Source: Azolla caroliniana (Eukaryota > Plantae > Polypodiophyta). Taken from it: a stretch of 64,000 nt of DNA. Each line of letters opens with the position of its first letter. The first letter of the stretch is position 1. Positions 1-11,560 of the stretch are shown here, in pieces. The DNA is taken from positions 20,646,001 through 20,710,000 of the forward strand of contig JBHGNT010000005.1 of the NCBI GenBank assembly GCA_043228905.1. Direction: 5' to 3'. The position numbers and the translations under genes are program-made. The notes beneath the pieces are model-generated. The model searched no databases and was not told where the DNA came from. It saw only the letters and a list, made by a program, of their open reading frames with translations.

Positions 1-258
1 GCTCGTTGGTCATCTTTTCTCGCCGACTACGACGTCGAAATCTTGTTTCGACTCGGCATTCAACATGGGAAAGCGAATGCCCTCTCTCGGCAACCAGATT
101 TTGCGCTACACCCAGGTGACGATGCATATTCTCAGCAATCACATTGTTTATTGCGGCCCGATCAACTCCACATGTTCGCAACCTACATGTTGCATGATGA
201 TTCCTTGCTCAACGAAATCGCCCAGGCTACCATGTTAGACCCATTCGCTACCGACATC
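1..258 (+). pseudogene. Tcn1-like chromoviral Ty3/Gypsy pol fragment (end of RNase H / linker), interrupted by Gypsy-1
   Basis: Translates ARWSSFLADYDVEILFRLGIQHGKANALSRQPDF, a typical end-of-RNase H motif. The pol sequence resumes at 11561 after the ACATC TSD. Confidence 0.8.
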
Positions 259-623
259 TGTTGACCGGTCAGAAGAGCAAGGACAAGTGGGAAGGCGGAG
301 TCGGATCGGATAATAGGAAGTAAATAATAGTATAATTATTATTTGGAGGGACGGATCCAGACCGATTCGGATGCCGGTTGCCTAAGCGCACCGATTGTAA
401 CCTTGCCGGATGCCTATAAAAGGATCCGATGATTTGTAAAGTCTTTACGAAAGTAATACAGAAGTAATTATTGCGTGTTTATCTGTATCTTTGTATTGTT
501 TTACCGTCTGTGCTTAATTGTAATCATCTTACGCGTGTAACCTAGCATCCAATCCTTACCATCCCTTTGGAGAAGTGTCGGATAGACACTTGTGTTGAGG
601 CTAGTCCGGCCAGGCAGACAACA
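259..623 (+). repeat. Gypsy-1 5' LTR (365 bp)
   Basis: TGTTGACCGG...GACAACA. Matches 11182-11555 with about 6 substitutions and one 9-bp indel. TATA-like CCTATAAAA at about 413. Confidence 0.95.
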
Positions 624-629
624 CTATTT

Positions 630-642
630 TGGCGACCACGAT
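630..642 (+). promoter_or_regulatory. Gypsy-1 primer-binding site (tRNA-Arg-like, apparently truncated)
   Basis: TGGCGACCACGAT just after the LTR. A longer version, TGGCGACCACGATGGGA, occurs at 8354-8370. Confidence 0.7.
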
Positions 643-1078
643 TCCTGCAAAGTGCAGAGGACCACATCATCGAACGAGGGAGACGATACACCGAACGAGA
701 GCAACGACGGGAAGCCCTACAGCAAGCCGTCGACGAGATCCGGCGAGATCGGTCATTCTCCAGAACTCTTCGGAGAGTCGCAGAAGAAGCACTGCAGTTC
801 CGGGTTCTGCAAGTCCCCGACGAAGGCAGTAGCATAACAAGCCTGCAAGAGGTGGAAATGATACTACAGACGCTCGCCGGGTCGACGGGGACTCGGAAGC
901 ATTCGCAACACTTGAGGCGGAGTCGGAAAGCGACGGAAGCGTTGCATCCCGGTATAAAAGCAGCCACAACACACCAAACGACCCGGGGGAAGAGGGGTCG
1001 GAAGACTCAGTAACACCGGAGCCAGAGGAAGAAATAACCTTGGAGTTCGGTGACCGGCAATCGCCGAGGGAGGCTGAC

Positions 1079-1290
1079 CGGATACCGACAACACCCGCGA
1101 AGGAACCGGAGGAGCGGATACCGACAACACCCGCGAAGGAACCGAAGGAGCGGATACCGACAACACCCACGAAGGAACCGAAGGAGCAGATACCGACAAC
1201 ACCCGCGGAGGAACCAAAGGACCGGACACCGGCAACACCCGCGGAGGAACTGAAGGAGCGGATACCGGCACGAACCGCAGAGGAACCAAA
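1079..1290 (+). repeat. 36-bp tandem repeat in gag (about 6 copies; IPTTPAKEPEER)
   Basis: Unit GATACCGACAACACCCGCGAAGGAACCGGAGGAGCG repeated, degenerating towards the 3' end. Confidence 0.9.
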
Positions 1291-4200
1291 GGTTCTCACA
1301 CCAACAGCGGAGAAAGCAGGAGAGTCAGTTGGACGACACGATGCCGTACCCATACCCAAAGTACCGGGATGAGCCAAACGCTGAGGCACACGTGTACGCA
1401 TTCCTCCAAACATGGGAAGCCAACCATGTCTCCCAAAGACTGACGGAGCCCGAAGGCGAACGATCCAAAGTCACCGAATTTGGCATGACCTTAGAAGGAC
1501 CGGCGGCCCGATGGCACGCAAAGCACTTACCGGGCAGCTTTGCCACATTCGATGCCTTGAAGGCCAAATTCCTCAGGCTTTTTCACAGACAAGTTGAGCA
1601 AAGGGAATTGGTCGGGCAGTTCTACACCACCCGGCAGGAAGAGAACGAGACTGTGCCACAATTCATCATTCGGTTTCAGACCCTGCACAACCAACTAACG
1701 AGAGCACCACCCGAAGACGAAGCCAAAGCAGTCTTTTTGGCCGCGCTGAAAGAGCCACTTCGAACAATGTGCGGAGTCCTTGATTTCCGCACCAGCACAA
1801 TGGACCAAGTTATTGATCGGGTCTTAGAAATGGACAAGACTAGCTCCTTCTTGTCGATGGGGATGTTACACCGGCCACTCCCGAAGGAGGAAGACCTGAG
1901 GTTCCGACAGGCCTTATAATGCACAACATGCCTAAATTCAGGCCACTCAATGGTAGACTGCACCCTGCAGACACAATGTATGATCTGCAACTCTCGAGCC
2001 CATACAACGGACCGATGCGAATATAACTTGTTAAATCGGCAGGCAGCACCGGTTCGACACATAGAACCACGCAATCAGAACCCGGATGAGGATCGATTCC
2101 GGAGAGACGACCGCTACCAACGCGAACGCGGTAACAGATACGCTGATAGAAGACGCGATAACTATGACCGAGAGGAGAAACGCAGAGATAGCTACCCCCG
2201 GGACCGGTACGACCGAGACGAATCCCCGGAATACGAACGACGCAGAGAAGAGAGGCGACAAGGGAACCGAAATTTCCGACGAAATCAGAAGCGAGGATTT
2301 TTCCGAAGAGAGGAACGTCGGGAGGCGAGCAAGGAATGACAACCCGGTATCGGTACCGGATAACCGAAAAACCGAAGACGACCGCCGAAGTATACCCACC
2401 CTCCAAACCGGGGACAAAGGAGAAACGAGCAACAGTCACAAGGTGTACTGTTATTACTGCCGTAAGGAGGGCCATTATAGTAACCAATGCCCAAGCAAAA
2501 CCAATGACAAGCAGCCGGCAGTCAACATGGTTACAGCCGAAATAACAGAAGTACAGCAGGTCAAAACCCGGTCAAAGGGAAAGACCGCCGAATGGGAAGC
2601 CCAGGAGGCAATCAGAAAACAAGCGGCGCAATGGATCAAGGAGGCCAATGAACAGAATGCGGCAGAAGTAAGAGACCAAAATATGCCAAAAGACGAAGAA
2701 ATCATACAACCAGGAGACAACCCGACGTGGCAAGCGCTACAGGACTGTCAAGTCGTGCTGCTGTTAGCACGGCTACTACAGTTGGTGCCACGGTTTACGG
2801 CAGACTTACAGGCATCCGTGAGCAAACCGATGCCAGCACCGGCATTCTTCTCCAACCCGGAGGAAGGACCAACTGTGGTCAATACGAGTAGCCCGGCAAT
2901 CACGGCAATCGTAAAAGGAAAGGAAATTGCTGGAACGATTATTGACGGAGGCTCCGGGGTAAATGTCATCAGCCGACAGACATGCAACAACCTGGGCATC
3001 CAGGAATGGGAACCATGCCCCTTCTGGTTACGCATGGCGGATACCAGCTCAGTCCGACCGACCGGGCTTATTCGGGATTTGGAAGTAACAATCAGAGGCG
3101 ACGTATTTCGGATATCGGCCGTGGTGCTGCAGCTGAATGTACAAGGCGCGTACCCCCTACTGCTAGGACGACCATGGCTGCGAACGGCGCATATCAAGCA
3201 GAACTGGCAAAAGAACATGATCACATTCCGGCGAGGGAAAACAAAGGTACGAGTAACGACGCAACCACGGGTGATCACCAGTAAGGAAGCAACTCCATTG
3301 TATGTGGAAAGCATCAACATGTTGGAGGGATTACCGAACGAGGAAGTCAATCGGTACCTCGAGGAACACCCACGAATCGTCCCACTATTTGAGGTGGATA
3401 TCACGGCGGCAGTAGAACCGTACATCACGACGCCGGACGAACCGGACCAAGCGGCGATCCGGGAATTGCGACAAGCGCAGGAATCCCTAGAGAGGGAAAT
3501 GACGATATCCCAGAGGGTAAAAGCATCCCAACTAGAGGAGGTGGACCTCGGCACAACAGACAAGCCCCGACCGGTAAATGTCGCAAAGGAATTGCCGAAG
3601 GAAGAAAAGAAGGCAATGGTAGCATTATTAACAGACTTCAAGGATGTGTTCGCGTGGTCGTACGAAGACATGCGAGGGTTGGACCCCCAGCTCTATCAGC
3701 ACCAAATTCACCTAAGTACGAACGCGAAACCGATCGCTCAACGCAGGTACCGGATGAATCCGAATTATGCGGCGAACGTGAAGGAGGAAATTGATAAGCT
3801 CCTCCGGGTCGGATTTATCCGACCGGTCAAGCAGGCAACCTGGCTGAGTCCGATAATGGTGGTCCCGAAAAAGAACGGAAAAATCTGGGTATGCGTGGAC
3901 TACCGGAAACTAAATGCCGCAACAGTGACCGATGCGTTTCCACTACCATTTACGGACGGGGTGTTAGATGCGGTAGCCGGCCACGAAGTTTACAGCTTCC
4001 TGGATGGATTTAGCGGTTACAACCAAATACGAATGAACTCGGCCGACCAGGAGAAGACAACGTTCGTTACGGAATGGTGAGTGTTCGTCGCGGTCGTGAT
4101 GATGTTCGGACTAAAGACGGCCCCAACGACCTTTCAAAGGATAATAATGGAAATTTTCGGGGAATATATCCCCGGTTTTATGCAGGTCTTCCTTGACGAT

Positions 4201-6384
4201 TTCGCGGTCTACAGCCGACACGGAGAGCATCTCGATCACCTCCGGCTGTGCTTGGAGAAGTGCCACGAGTACCGGTTGAGTCTGAACCCGGCCAAGTGCG
4301 TCTTTGGAGTGGCAAGCGGCAACTTACTAGGGCACGTGGTGAGTAAGGAAGGAATCGCGGTAGATCCGGATAAAGTAAAGGCGATTCTTGAGGCACCGGC
4401 ACCAAATAACGCAAAGGCTTTAAGCCGGTTCCTGGGCCAAATAAGGTGGCATAGCCGGATGATACGGCACCTCGCAGACTTCGCTACACCATTGCATACC
4501 GCCGTACACAGGGTACCCTTCCTATGGGCGGAGACGGAGGAGGAAGCCTACCAAGCGTTGAAGGTTATGCTGTCGCAAGCTCCGGTGGTGCAACCGCCGG
4601 ATTGGAGTAAAAGCTTTCACGTCTTCATCGACGCGTCGGACGTAGCAATCGGCAGCGTTCTGATGCAACTCACGGAGCCGAAATGGTACCGACCGGTGTA
4701 CTACGCAAGCCGGAAACTCTCAAAAGCCGAACGGAACTACTCTACGACGGAACGCGAGGCATTAGGAATGGTGTATAGTGTCACAAAGTACAGGCACTAT
4801 CTGCTCGGAAGGAAGTTTTCCTTCCATGTCGACCATTCGGCACTACTCTACCTGGTCTCGAAGGCATCCCTGACGGGAAAAATTGCACGATGGACACTGC
4901 TGTTACAGGAATTTGAATTCGACATTTTCCACCGACCCGGGGCGCAGCATGCGGTAGCGGACTACCTAAGCAGACTCGAATCCGGAGAAGCAGGGGACGG
5001 CGTCCAGGATGAGTTCCCCGACGCCGAGTTGTTCCGGATCACGACGAAACCGGCAACGGATGCAACGGTAGCCGATGAAGACACGTGGCTAACTGAGATG
5101 CATCAGTTCCTGAGCACCGGAGTACCCCCGGAGAACATGGACCGCGATGAAAGGAAAAGAGTAGCAGTAAGAAGCAGACATTTCTGCTTGGTTGGAGACA
5201 CCCTCTATCACAAGGGGGCAGATGGCATCTGGAGACGAGCAGTGCGGAGCGATGAGAAGGATCTAATCCTCAGGGAAGCCCACTGTGGAATTGTCGGCGG
5301 GCATTATGCCGTCGACGCAACCGCTCGGAAAATATGGCAGAGCGGACTGTGGTGGCCCACCACCCTAAAAGATGTCGTGAAGTATAGCAGAGAATGCGAT
5401 TTGTGTCAACGACTGGGCCAACCCACGGAGCAGGCCCGGATGCCACACCACCCGGTCTTGCCATTGGAACCGTTTCAAAAGTGGGGTTTGGACTTTGTCG
5501 GTCCCTTCAAGCCACCGGCAATGCGAACCGGAAATCGGTATGTCATATTGGCGACCGACTATTGCACCAAATGGGTAGAAGCGAAGGCCTTACGGGACAA
5601 CACGGCCGCGTCCACGGCAAAGTTCCTATATGAGTGCATATGGTGCCGGTATGGATGCCCGATCGAGCTTATAAGTGACCAAGGAGGACACTTTCTCGGG
5701 CAGGTAGTAGAAAGCCTGACGTCATTTTACGCGGTGGTACATAAAAGGAGTACTCCCTACTACCCTCAAGCCAATGGACTAGCGGAATCGACGAACAAAA
5801 CTCTGCAGAACATCCTACGAAAAATCGTCAACGAGAACCAGACCGACTGGGATACGAAATTGCAAAGCGCGCTATGGGCGTACCGAACAACGTACAAAAC
5901 CAGCATCCGGACAACCCCGTTCCGACTAGCATTCGGTTTAGAAGCGGTCATGCCGGTAGAGTTCCAGATCCCCAGCTTACGGATCCAGGTAAAGGAGCGC
6001 TTAAGTGAGGCGGAGTCCGAACGAATCCGGCTGGCGACGTTGTTGGAATTAGAAGAAAACTGAATCGCCAGCTTACTACAACTCGAACTAGAGCAAAGGA
6101 GGAGAAAAGCTTTCCTGGACCGACACCGGCGTGGCAACGAAAAGGAGTTCGAAGTCGGGAAACCGGTGCTACTGTTCCAGACACGGATGGGGAACATGCC
6201 GGGAAAGTTGCGGTTTCGGTGGACCGGACCATTCTGGATCACCAAGGAGTACAATGAGTCGTATCAGCTCGGCACGTTGTCTGGAGAAGTCATCGGTAAG
6301 TGGGCAAATGGGTTTCGGCTAAAGCCGTATAAGGGAAATATGCCAGCCAACCCGTTCAAGCAAAACCCGGAAATCCGGCACGAT

Positions 6385-6492
6385 GAGGAACCGACACCGA
6401 CAGACGCTACTGCAGATATCCGGACGGAGGAAGAACCGACACCGACAGACGCTGCTGCAGATATCCGTACCGAGGAAGAACTGACACCGATA
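6385..6492 (+). repeat. 45-bp tandem repeat at the integrase C-terminus (about 2.4 copies; EEPTPTDATADIRTE)
   Basis: Direct repeat visible in the DNA and in the translation of ORF 6166-6579. Confidence 0.85.
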
Positions 6493-8017
6493 CTGACAAA
6501 GATTATCCCGGAAAACCGACAGAAGGATCTAGTATCAGCGCGAACCGACCCGAACAAATCAGGGGGGACCAGAAAATGACGTAGTCCAAACAAACAAAAA
6601 ACAAAAAAAATAAAAATAAAAATAAAAATCATAGTAATGATGGGGAGATCACAAGAGGTGGGAGCGCCACCATGCAACGAAGAGGCGCCATGCAGGAAAC
6701 GAGGACGTGCGCGTACTTGCTATTTAAAGCATAGAACGTGGGCACCAACGTACGAGGTATTACTCACACGCGGCAAGCAAGAAAGGACATACTAATTATG
6801 GCGGGAGACAAACATGCGCGGGAAACGAAAAAGGGCGGCTCGAGGCAAAAGCCACTATATAAGACACAGGCCTGCGAAGGACTTACTTTTTACGAATTTT
6901 CCTACACACAGGCGCAAAAGCACAGAAGAGCGATCCGACGCACAACGCACACACATCCAGAGCCCGAACAACAGACAGCAAAAGAAGAATTCGAACCAAT
7001 GGCACTGTCGGAAGAGGCACGCCAATGGATGATGGAGAACAGGTTAGAAGTATTGCTGCGGAACGCCGACGCTCCACCACACGCAGAACCAGAACAGGCG
7101 GCAGCATTGATTGATTTATCAGAAATCACGGAAGGAGCGGTGCATGCGCTCACAGGGATAAAAGCAGGAGGACTTCAAATGATCGAAAACCCTTCAAGTG
7201 AAATCCTGTTCAAATATTTCGGTGAGTATTCCATCAGCAGCAAGGCGTACCGAACACAGGGCGGAGAGAACCTGCTGTTCGGAGAAGTGCCCCGCGCCAT
7301 GATGGAATACGGATTCGTGAATTCGCATCCCCCGGCCATAGCCAAGTACCGGGTAGCGTTCCTAATTGCAACGTACGAAGGATTACAAGTGGACTGGCTC
7401 CATTTCATAACCGAAGGATTGAAGGAAGCCATGAAGAACCTTGTGGAAGGAAAAAAGCGATGGGCCGGGATAGCACAATGGCTAACGGTGTTAGTCCCAC
7501 CGGTGCTCCCCATCAAACAAAAGAAAAGAGGTCGGCAGGAGACGACGCCGAAAAAGGTCACAAAGCGCCGACATATCCTGGAGAAACACACCCCCGGATG
7601 GACCCAGGAAGAAGCAGAACTGCGGGAGGAAGGACCATCCCGACAGCAACAGGAACCAGCAACAAAGGCAAAACTGGCTGGAAAAGGCAAAGGAAAATCG
7701 GCCAATGAGGAACCGGTAACGCTCAAACCAATCAATATAACGCTGCGACGGCCGGAACCGGAACCAGAGGTCTTTATACAAAAGGTCCGTCTGGTAGCCG
7801 CACCGGAGGAGGAAGCTGAAGCAGAAGACTCATCCGAACCACTGGTAAGACTCCCATCAAGACAAGGTCAGGAGAGACGGGCGAGAGGACCGGCTCCACC
7901 AATTGACAAAACTCAGCAGAGGGCGCAAGGACCACCTCCAGTAGCCGGGGCGGAAGCAGTACCGGAACCCGTACCAAGGGAAGCAGTACCGACACCGGTT
8001 TTGCCGGACTTCAGAGA

Positions 8018-8116
8018 ACCGGTCGGTACCATTTCGGCTCCGTGAGTTGCATCAAAACGCTGCCGATTGCTACGTCCGACGCGTCGACGAAGACGTGAAA
8101 GCTTTTACTCAAATCC
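8018..8116 (-). other. Inverted copy of the element's own RNase H segment (4599-4697)
   Basis: Reverse complement of 4599-4697 with about 3 mismatches. Confidence 0.9.
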
Positions 8117-8347
8117 AATTGTAACCTTGCCGGAATCCTATAAAAGGATCCGATGATTTGTAAAGGCTTTACGGAAGTAATACAGAAGTAATTATTGCGT
8201 GTTTATCTGTATCTTTGTATTGTTTTACCGTCTGTGCTTAATTGTAATCATCTTACGCCTGTAACCTAGCATCCAATCCTTACCATCCCTTTGGAGAAGT
8301 GTCGGATAGACACTTGTGTTGAGGCTAGTCCGGCCAGGCAGACAACA
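8115..8347 (+). repeat. Internal partial third LTR of Gypsy-1, followed by a PBS (8354-8370)
   Basis: Matches 391-623 of the 5' LTR and ends GACAACA-CTATTTTGGCGACCACGATGGGA. Confidence 0.92.
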
Positions 8348-8366
8348 CTATTTTGGCGACCACGAT

Positions 8367-9236
8367 GGGATAAAAGCAGGAGGACTTCAAATGATCGAAA
8401 ACCCTTCAAGTGAAATCCTGTTCAAATATTTCGGTGAGTATTCCATCAGTAGCAAGGCGTACCGAACACAGGGTGGAGAGAACCTGCTGTTCGGAGAAGT
8501 GCCCCGCGCCATGATGGAATACGGATTTGTGAATTCGTGTCCCCTGGCCATAGCCAGGTACCGGGCAGCGTTCCTAATTGCAACGTACGAAGGATTACAA
8601 GTGGACTGGCTCCATTTCATAACCGAAGGATTGAAGGAGGCCATGAAGAACCTTGTGGAAGGAAAAAAGCGATGGGCCGGGATAGCACAATGGCTAACGG
8701 TGTTAGTCCCACCGGTGCTCCCCATCAAACAAAAGAAAAGAGGTCAGCAGGAGACGACGCCGAAAAAGGTCACAAAGCGCCGACATATCCTGGAGAAACA
8801 CACCCCCGGATGGACCCAGGAAGAAGCAGAACTGCGGGAGGAAGGACCATCCCGACAGCAACAGGAACTAGCAACAAAGGCAAAACCGGCAGGAAAAGGC
8901 AAAGGAAAATCGGCCGATGAGGAACCGGTAACGCTCAAACCAATCAATATAACGCTGCGACGGCCGGAACCGGAACCAGAGGTCTTTATACAAAAGGTCT
9001 GTCTGGTAGCCGCACCGGAGGAGGAAGCTGAAGCAGAAGACTCATCCGAACCACTGGTAAGACTCCCATCAAGACAAGGTCAGGAGAGACGGGCGAGAGG
9101 ACCGGCTCCACCAATTGACAAAACTCAGCAGAGGGCGCAAGGACCACCTCCAGTAGCCGGGGCGGAAGCAGTACCGGAACCCGTACCAAGGGAAGCAGTA
9201 CCGACACCGGTTTTGCCGGACTTCAGAGAACCGGTC
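8367..9236 (+). repeat. ~870-bp direct duplication of ORF3 segment 7155-8024
   Basis: Near-identical sequence with scattered substitutions, mostly transitions. Confidence 0.92.
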
Positions 9237-11181
9237 ATTCCAGAGAAGAGGAATGAACAAGCGTCGGAGCTAGAGAAAAGGCCGGAAAAGCAGCCTGAGT
9301 TAAGGAGTAGAAGTGAGCAATGTTACTCCGACACAGGAAGCACAAGGCCACAATGGCTGAGATGGCTTTCGGAGCAGGTATCGGGACTAGCGGACCAGTT
9401 AGAGGAAGAAGAAACGTGTAGGCAACACCTGACACATACAACAACCCAGGAGTTGGTCGCGCTCCGAACACAGATCCAGGAATTGCAAGGGGAGCTGTTG
9501 CAGGCAAGGGAAGGAATTCAACAAGCACAAGTTGTCACCGAGCCGGTCAGGACAACAAGGAAGCAACCAGAACCGGAACCGGAACCGGCAGCCTTGCAAA
9601 CCGGCCCTGAGACCGAAAAAATAATAGAAACCTTCCGAGAGGAGTTAAAAGCTCAAGAGGCATTAAGGGAAAAAGAAAGGGAGCAGCGGAAAGCGGTGGA
9701 GGACGACAGACAGAAAATGGAAGAAGGCCTCCGGAAAGGCCGAGCCACTAATGACCGACTGCAAGAAGAAAAAGAGAAGCTGCAAAAGGAGAAGGACCGA
9801 CTGCGTCGACAGCCGAGCAGGAGATAGAACGACTGCATGAAGAACTCCGACAACAGAAGGACCGGGACGACCGGTTAAGAGCTCAGGTAAACCGACACCT
9901 GAAGCAGAAGACGGAGAACTTCGACCGACTCTACCGAGATCACAAGCAGGCCGAGTCGGACAACAAGAAACGGGCAGCAGACTACGACCGGCAAATAGAG
10001 AAGCTGAAAGAACAACTCAAAGAGACCCGATTAGACCTGGCTAAGACAATGGAAGAGGTCAGTGCCAAAAAGGAAGCATTGTCGGCGGAAATAACCCAAG
10101 CGACGGAGAGAAGGAAGGAATTAGAGGCGCTAAGGCGGGAAAAGCTAGATCTGACCAAGATCAGGAATGAAGAAAAGGAAAGATCGACCTTCACGATCAA
10201 CAAACTGCAAAGTACCTATGAAAAGCAGAAAGCGGATTACGAAGCCCAGGCTCAGATAATGGCCGACATTATAAAACGGGCAAGGAAGGAAAAGCAAGAA
10301 GCTTATGCGCATGTTAAGGCGGGGGTTGACCGGATCAAGCTCATCATGTCAGGTTGGAGTACCCAAGCTCAGGCAAGCATCAACGAAAGTACGGAAAAGC
10401 TATGGAAGGAGTGGTCACAACAGGCAACCGAGCTGCAGACACTCCGAGCTGATGCCGAGAATCGGAGGAAGACCAGTGACAAGTTCTACAAGATGGATGA
10501 AGAAAGTATCGTCGCCATTCAGGAAGAATTATCGGAGGATTTCTACGCTTTAGCGGAAGAACATCTCAAAGAAATCCGAGGGTTGGTAGAGAGGTTGGAT
10601 GACGGGCAGCTCGCAACTTAGTTGGAGTTGGAGAAATACGAGCAGGACCGGTTAAGACAGGAAGCCAAGGGAAGAACGACGCCAATCACTATAAGTGAGG
10701 GAGAGCGACCGGCGGAAGCTGAACCAACCGACACCGAACAACCCCGACAAGGAATACCCGAAGAAGAACTTCCGTTCCAAGAAAATCAAGAAGAGCAGGT
10801 GCAGACCGATGCTGGAGAAGAAGAAGAGCTGAGACCGGAAGACACCGGAGCAGAGGAAGAAGGCGCACCGAACCGACCAGTCGAGACCGGAGAAAGCGAC
10901 ACTGGTAACAGAACAGAGCCTGGAACGGAGGGAGAACAGGAAGAACCCGGACGGAGCGGTGAGGAAGCACCGGCACCACAAAATCAAGCACAGCCGAAGC
11001 AGCAAATTTTTATGGAACAGCCAACCCAACTAGAGGTCGGAGACCAGGCAGGCAAGGAATAGGAATTGGAGGAAGAAGCACCACTTGATACCTTCGAGCA
11101 GGGTGTGCTCGATATTTTGGAGGAAGAATGAGGCCGGGAGTGGATTCGAAGTGCAAGGCACTTTCCCACGGGCGTGCCATG

Positions 11182-11555
11182 TGTTGACCGGTCAGAAGAG
11201 CAAGGACAAGTGGGAAGGCGGAGTCGGATCGGATAATAGGAAGTAAATAATAGTATAATTATTATTCGGAGGGACGGATCCGGTACAGTTGTACCGATTC
11301 GGATGCCGGTTGCCTAAGCGCACCGATTGTAACCTTGCTGGATGCCTATAAAAGGATCCGATGATTTGTAAAGGCTTTACGGAAGTAATACAGAAGTAAT
11401 TATTGCGTGTTTATCTGTATCTTTGTATTGTTTTACCGTCTGTGCTTAATTGTAATCATCTTACGCGTGTAACCTAGCATCCAATCCTTACCATCCCTTT
11501 GGAGAAGTGTCGGATAGACACCTGTGTTGAGGCTAGTCCGGCCAGGTAGACAACA
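11182..11555 (+). repeat. Gypsy-1 3' LTR (374 bp)
   Basis: Direct repeat of 259-623, followed by TSD ACATC. Confidence 0.95.
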
Positions 11556-11560
11556 ACATC

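Larger units (their letters stand above)
643..6579 (+). pseudogene. gag-pol: Gypsy-1 gag-pol polyprotein (disrupted by stops and frameshifts)
   Basis: Retrotransposon gag 1329-1919, three CCHC knuckles, protease IIDGGSGVN, RT (VCVDYRKLN, FLDDF), RNase H (IDASD, NYSTTERE), integrase (H..H..C..C, WGLDF, SDQG, PQANGLAE). In-frame stops end at 1919, 4080 and 6063. Confidence 0.95.
6999..11131 (+). pseudogene. Gypsy-1 extra ORF (ORF3): ~970 aa coiled-coil protein of unknown function, with internal duplication
   Basis: Starts at ATG 6999 (MALSEEARQW...), continues through ORFs 8316-9827, 10049-10621 and 10622-11062, and ends ...LDILEEE* at 11131. Homologous to Gypsy-2 ORF3. Confidence 0.8.
259..11555 (+). 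mobile_element. Gypsy-1: full-length non-chromoviral Ty3/Gypsy LTR retrotransposon with extra 3' ORF (mutated)
   Basis: TG...CA LTRs at 259-623 and 11182-11555, perfect 5-bp TSD ACATC (254-258 / 11556-11560), domain order gag-PR-RT-RH-INT, no chromodomain visible. Confidence 0.95.

Noticed and set aside
2086-2339. Overlap of ORFs 1950-2339 and 2086-4080 as a programmed gag-pol frameshift
   Set aside because: Gypsy-2 has the equivalent region in a single frame, so a mutational frameshift is more likely.
667-3671. Long antisense ORFs over Gypsy-1 gag-pol (e.g. 667-1413, 2748-3671), and similar ones in the Copia elements
   Set aside because: Shadow ORFs of GC-rich coding sequence or tandem repeats, with no recognisable motifs.
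6999-11131. ORF3 as a retroviral-type envelope or a captured host FPP/myosin gene
   Set aside because: There is no signal peptide or transmembrane segment, and none of the FPP motifs. The resemblance is only generic coiled-coil composition.
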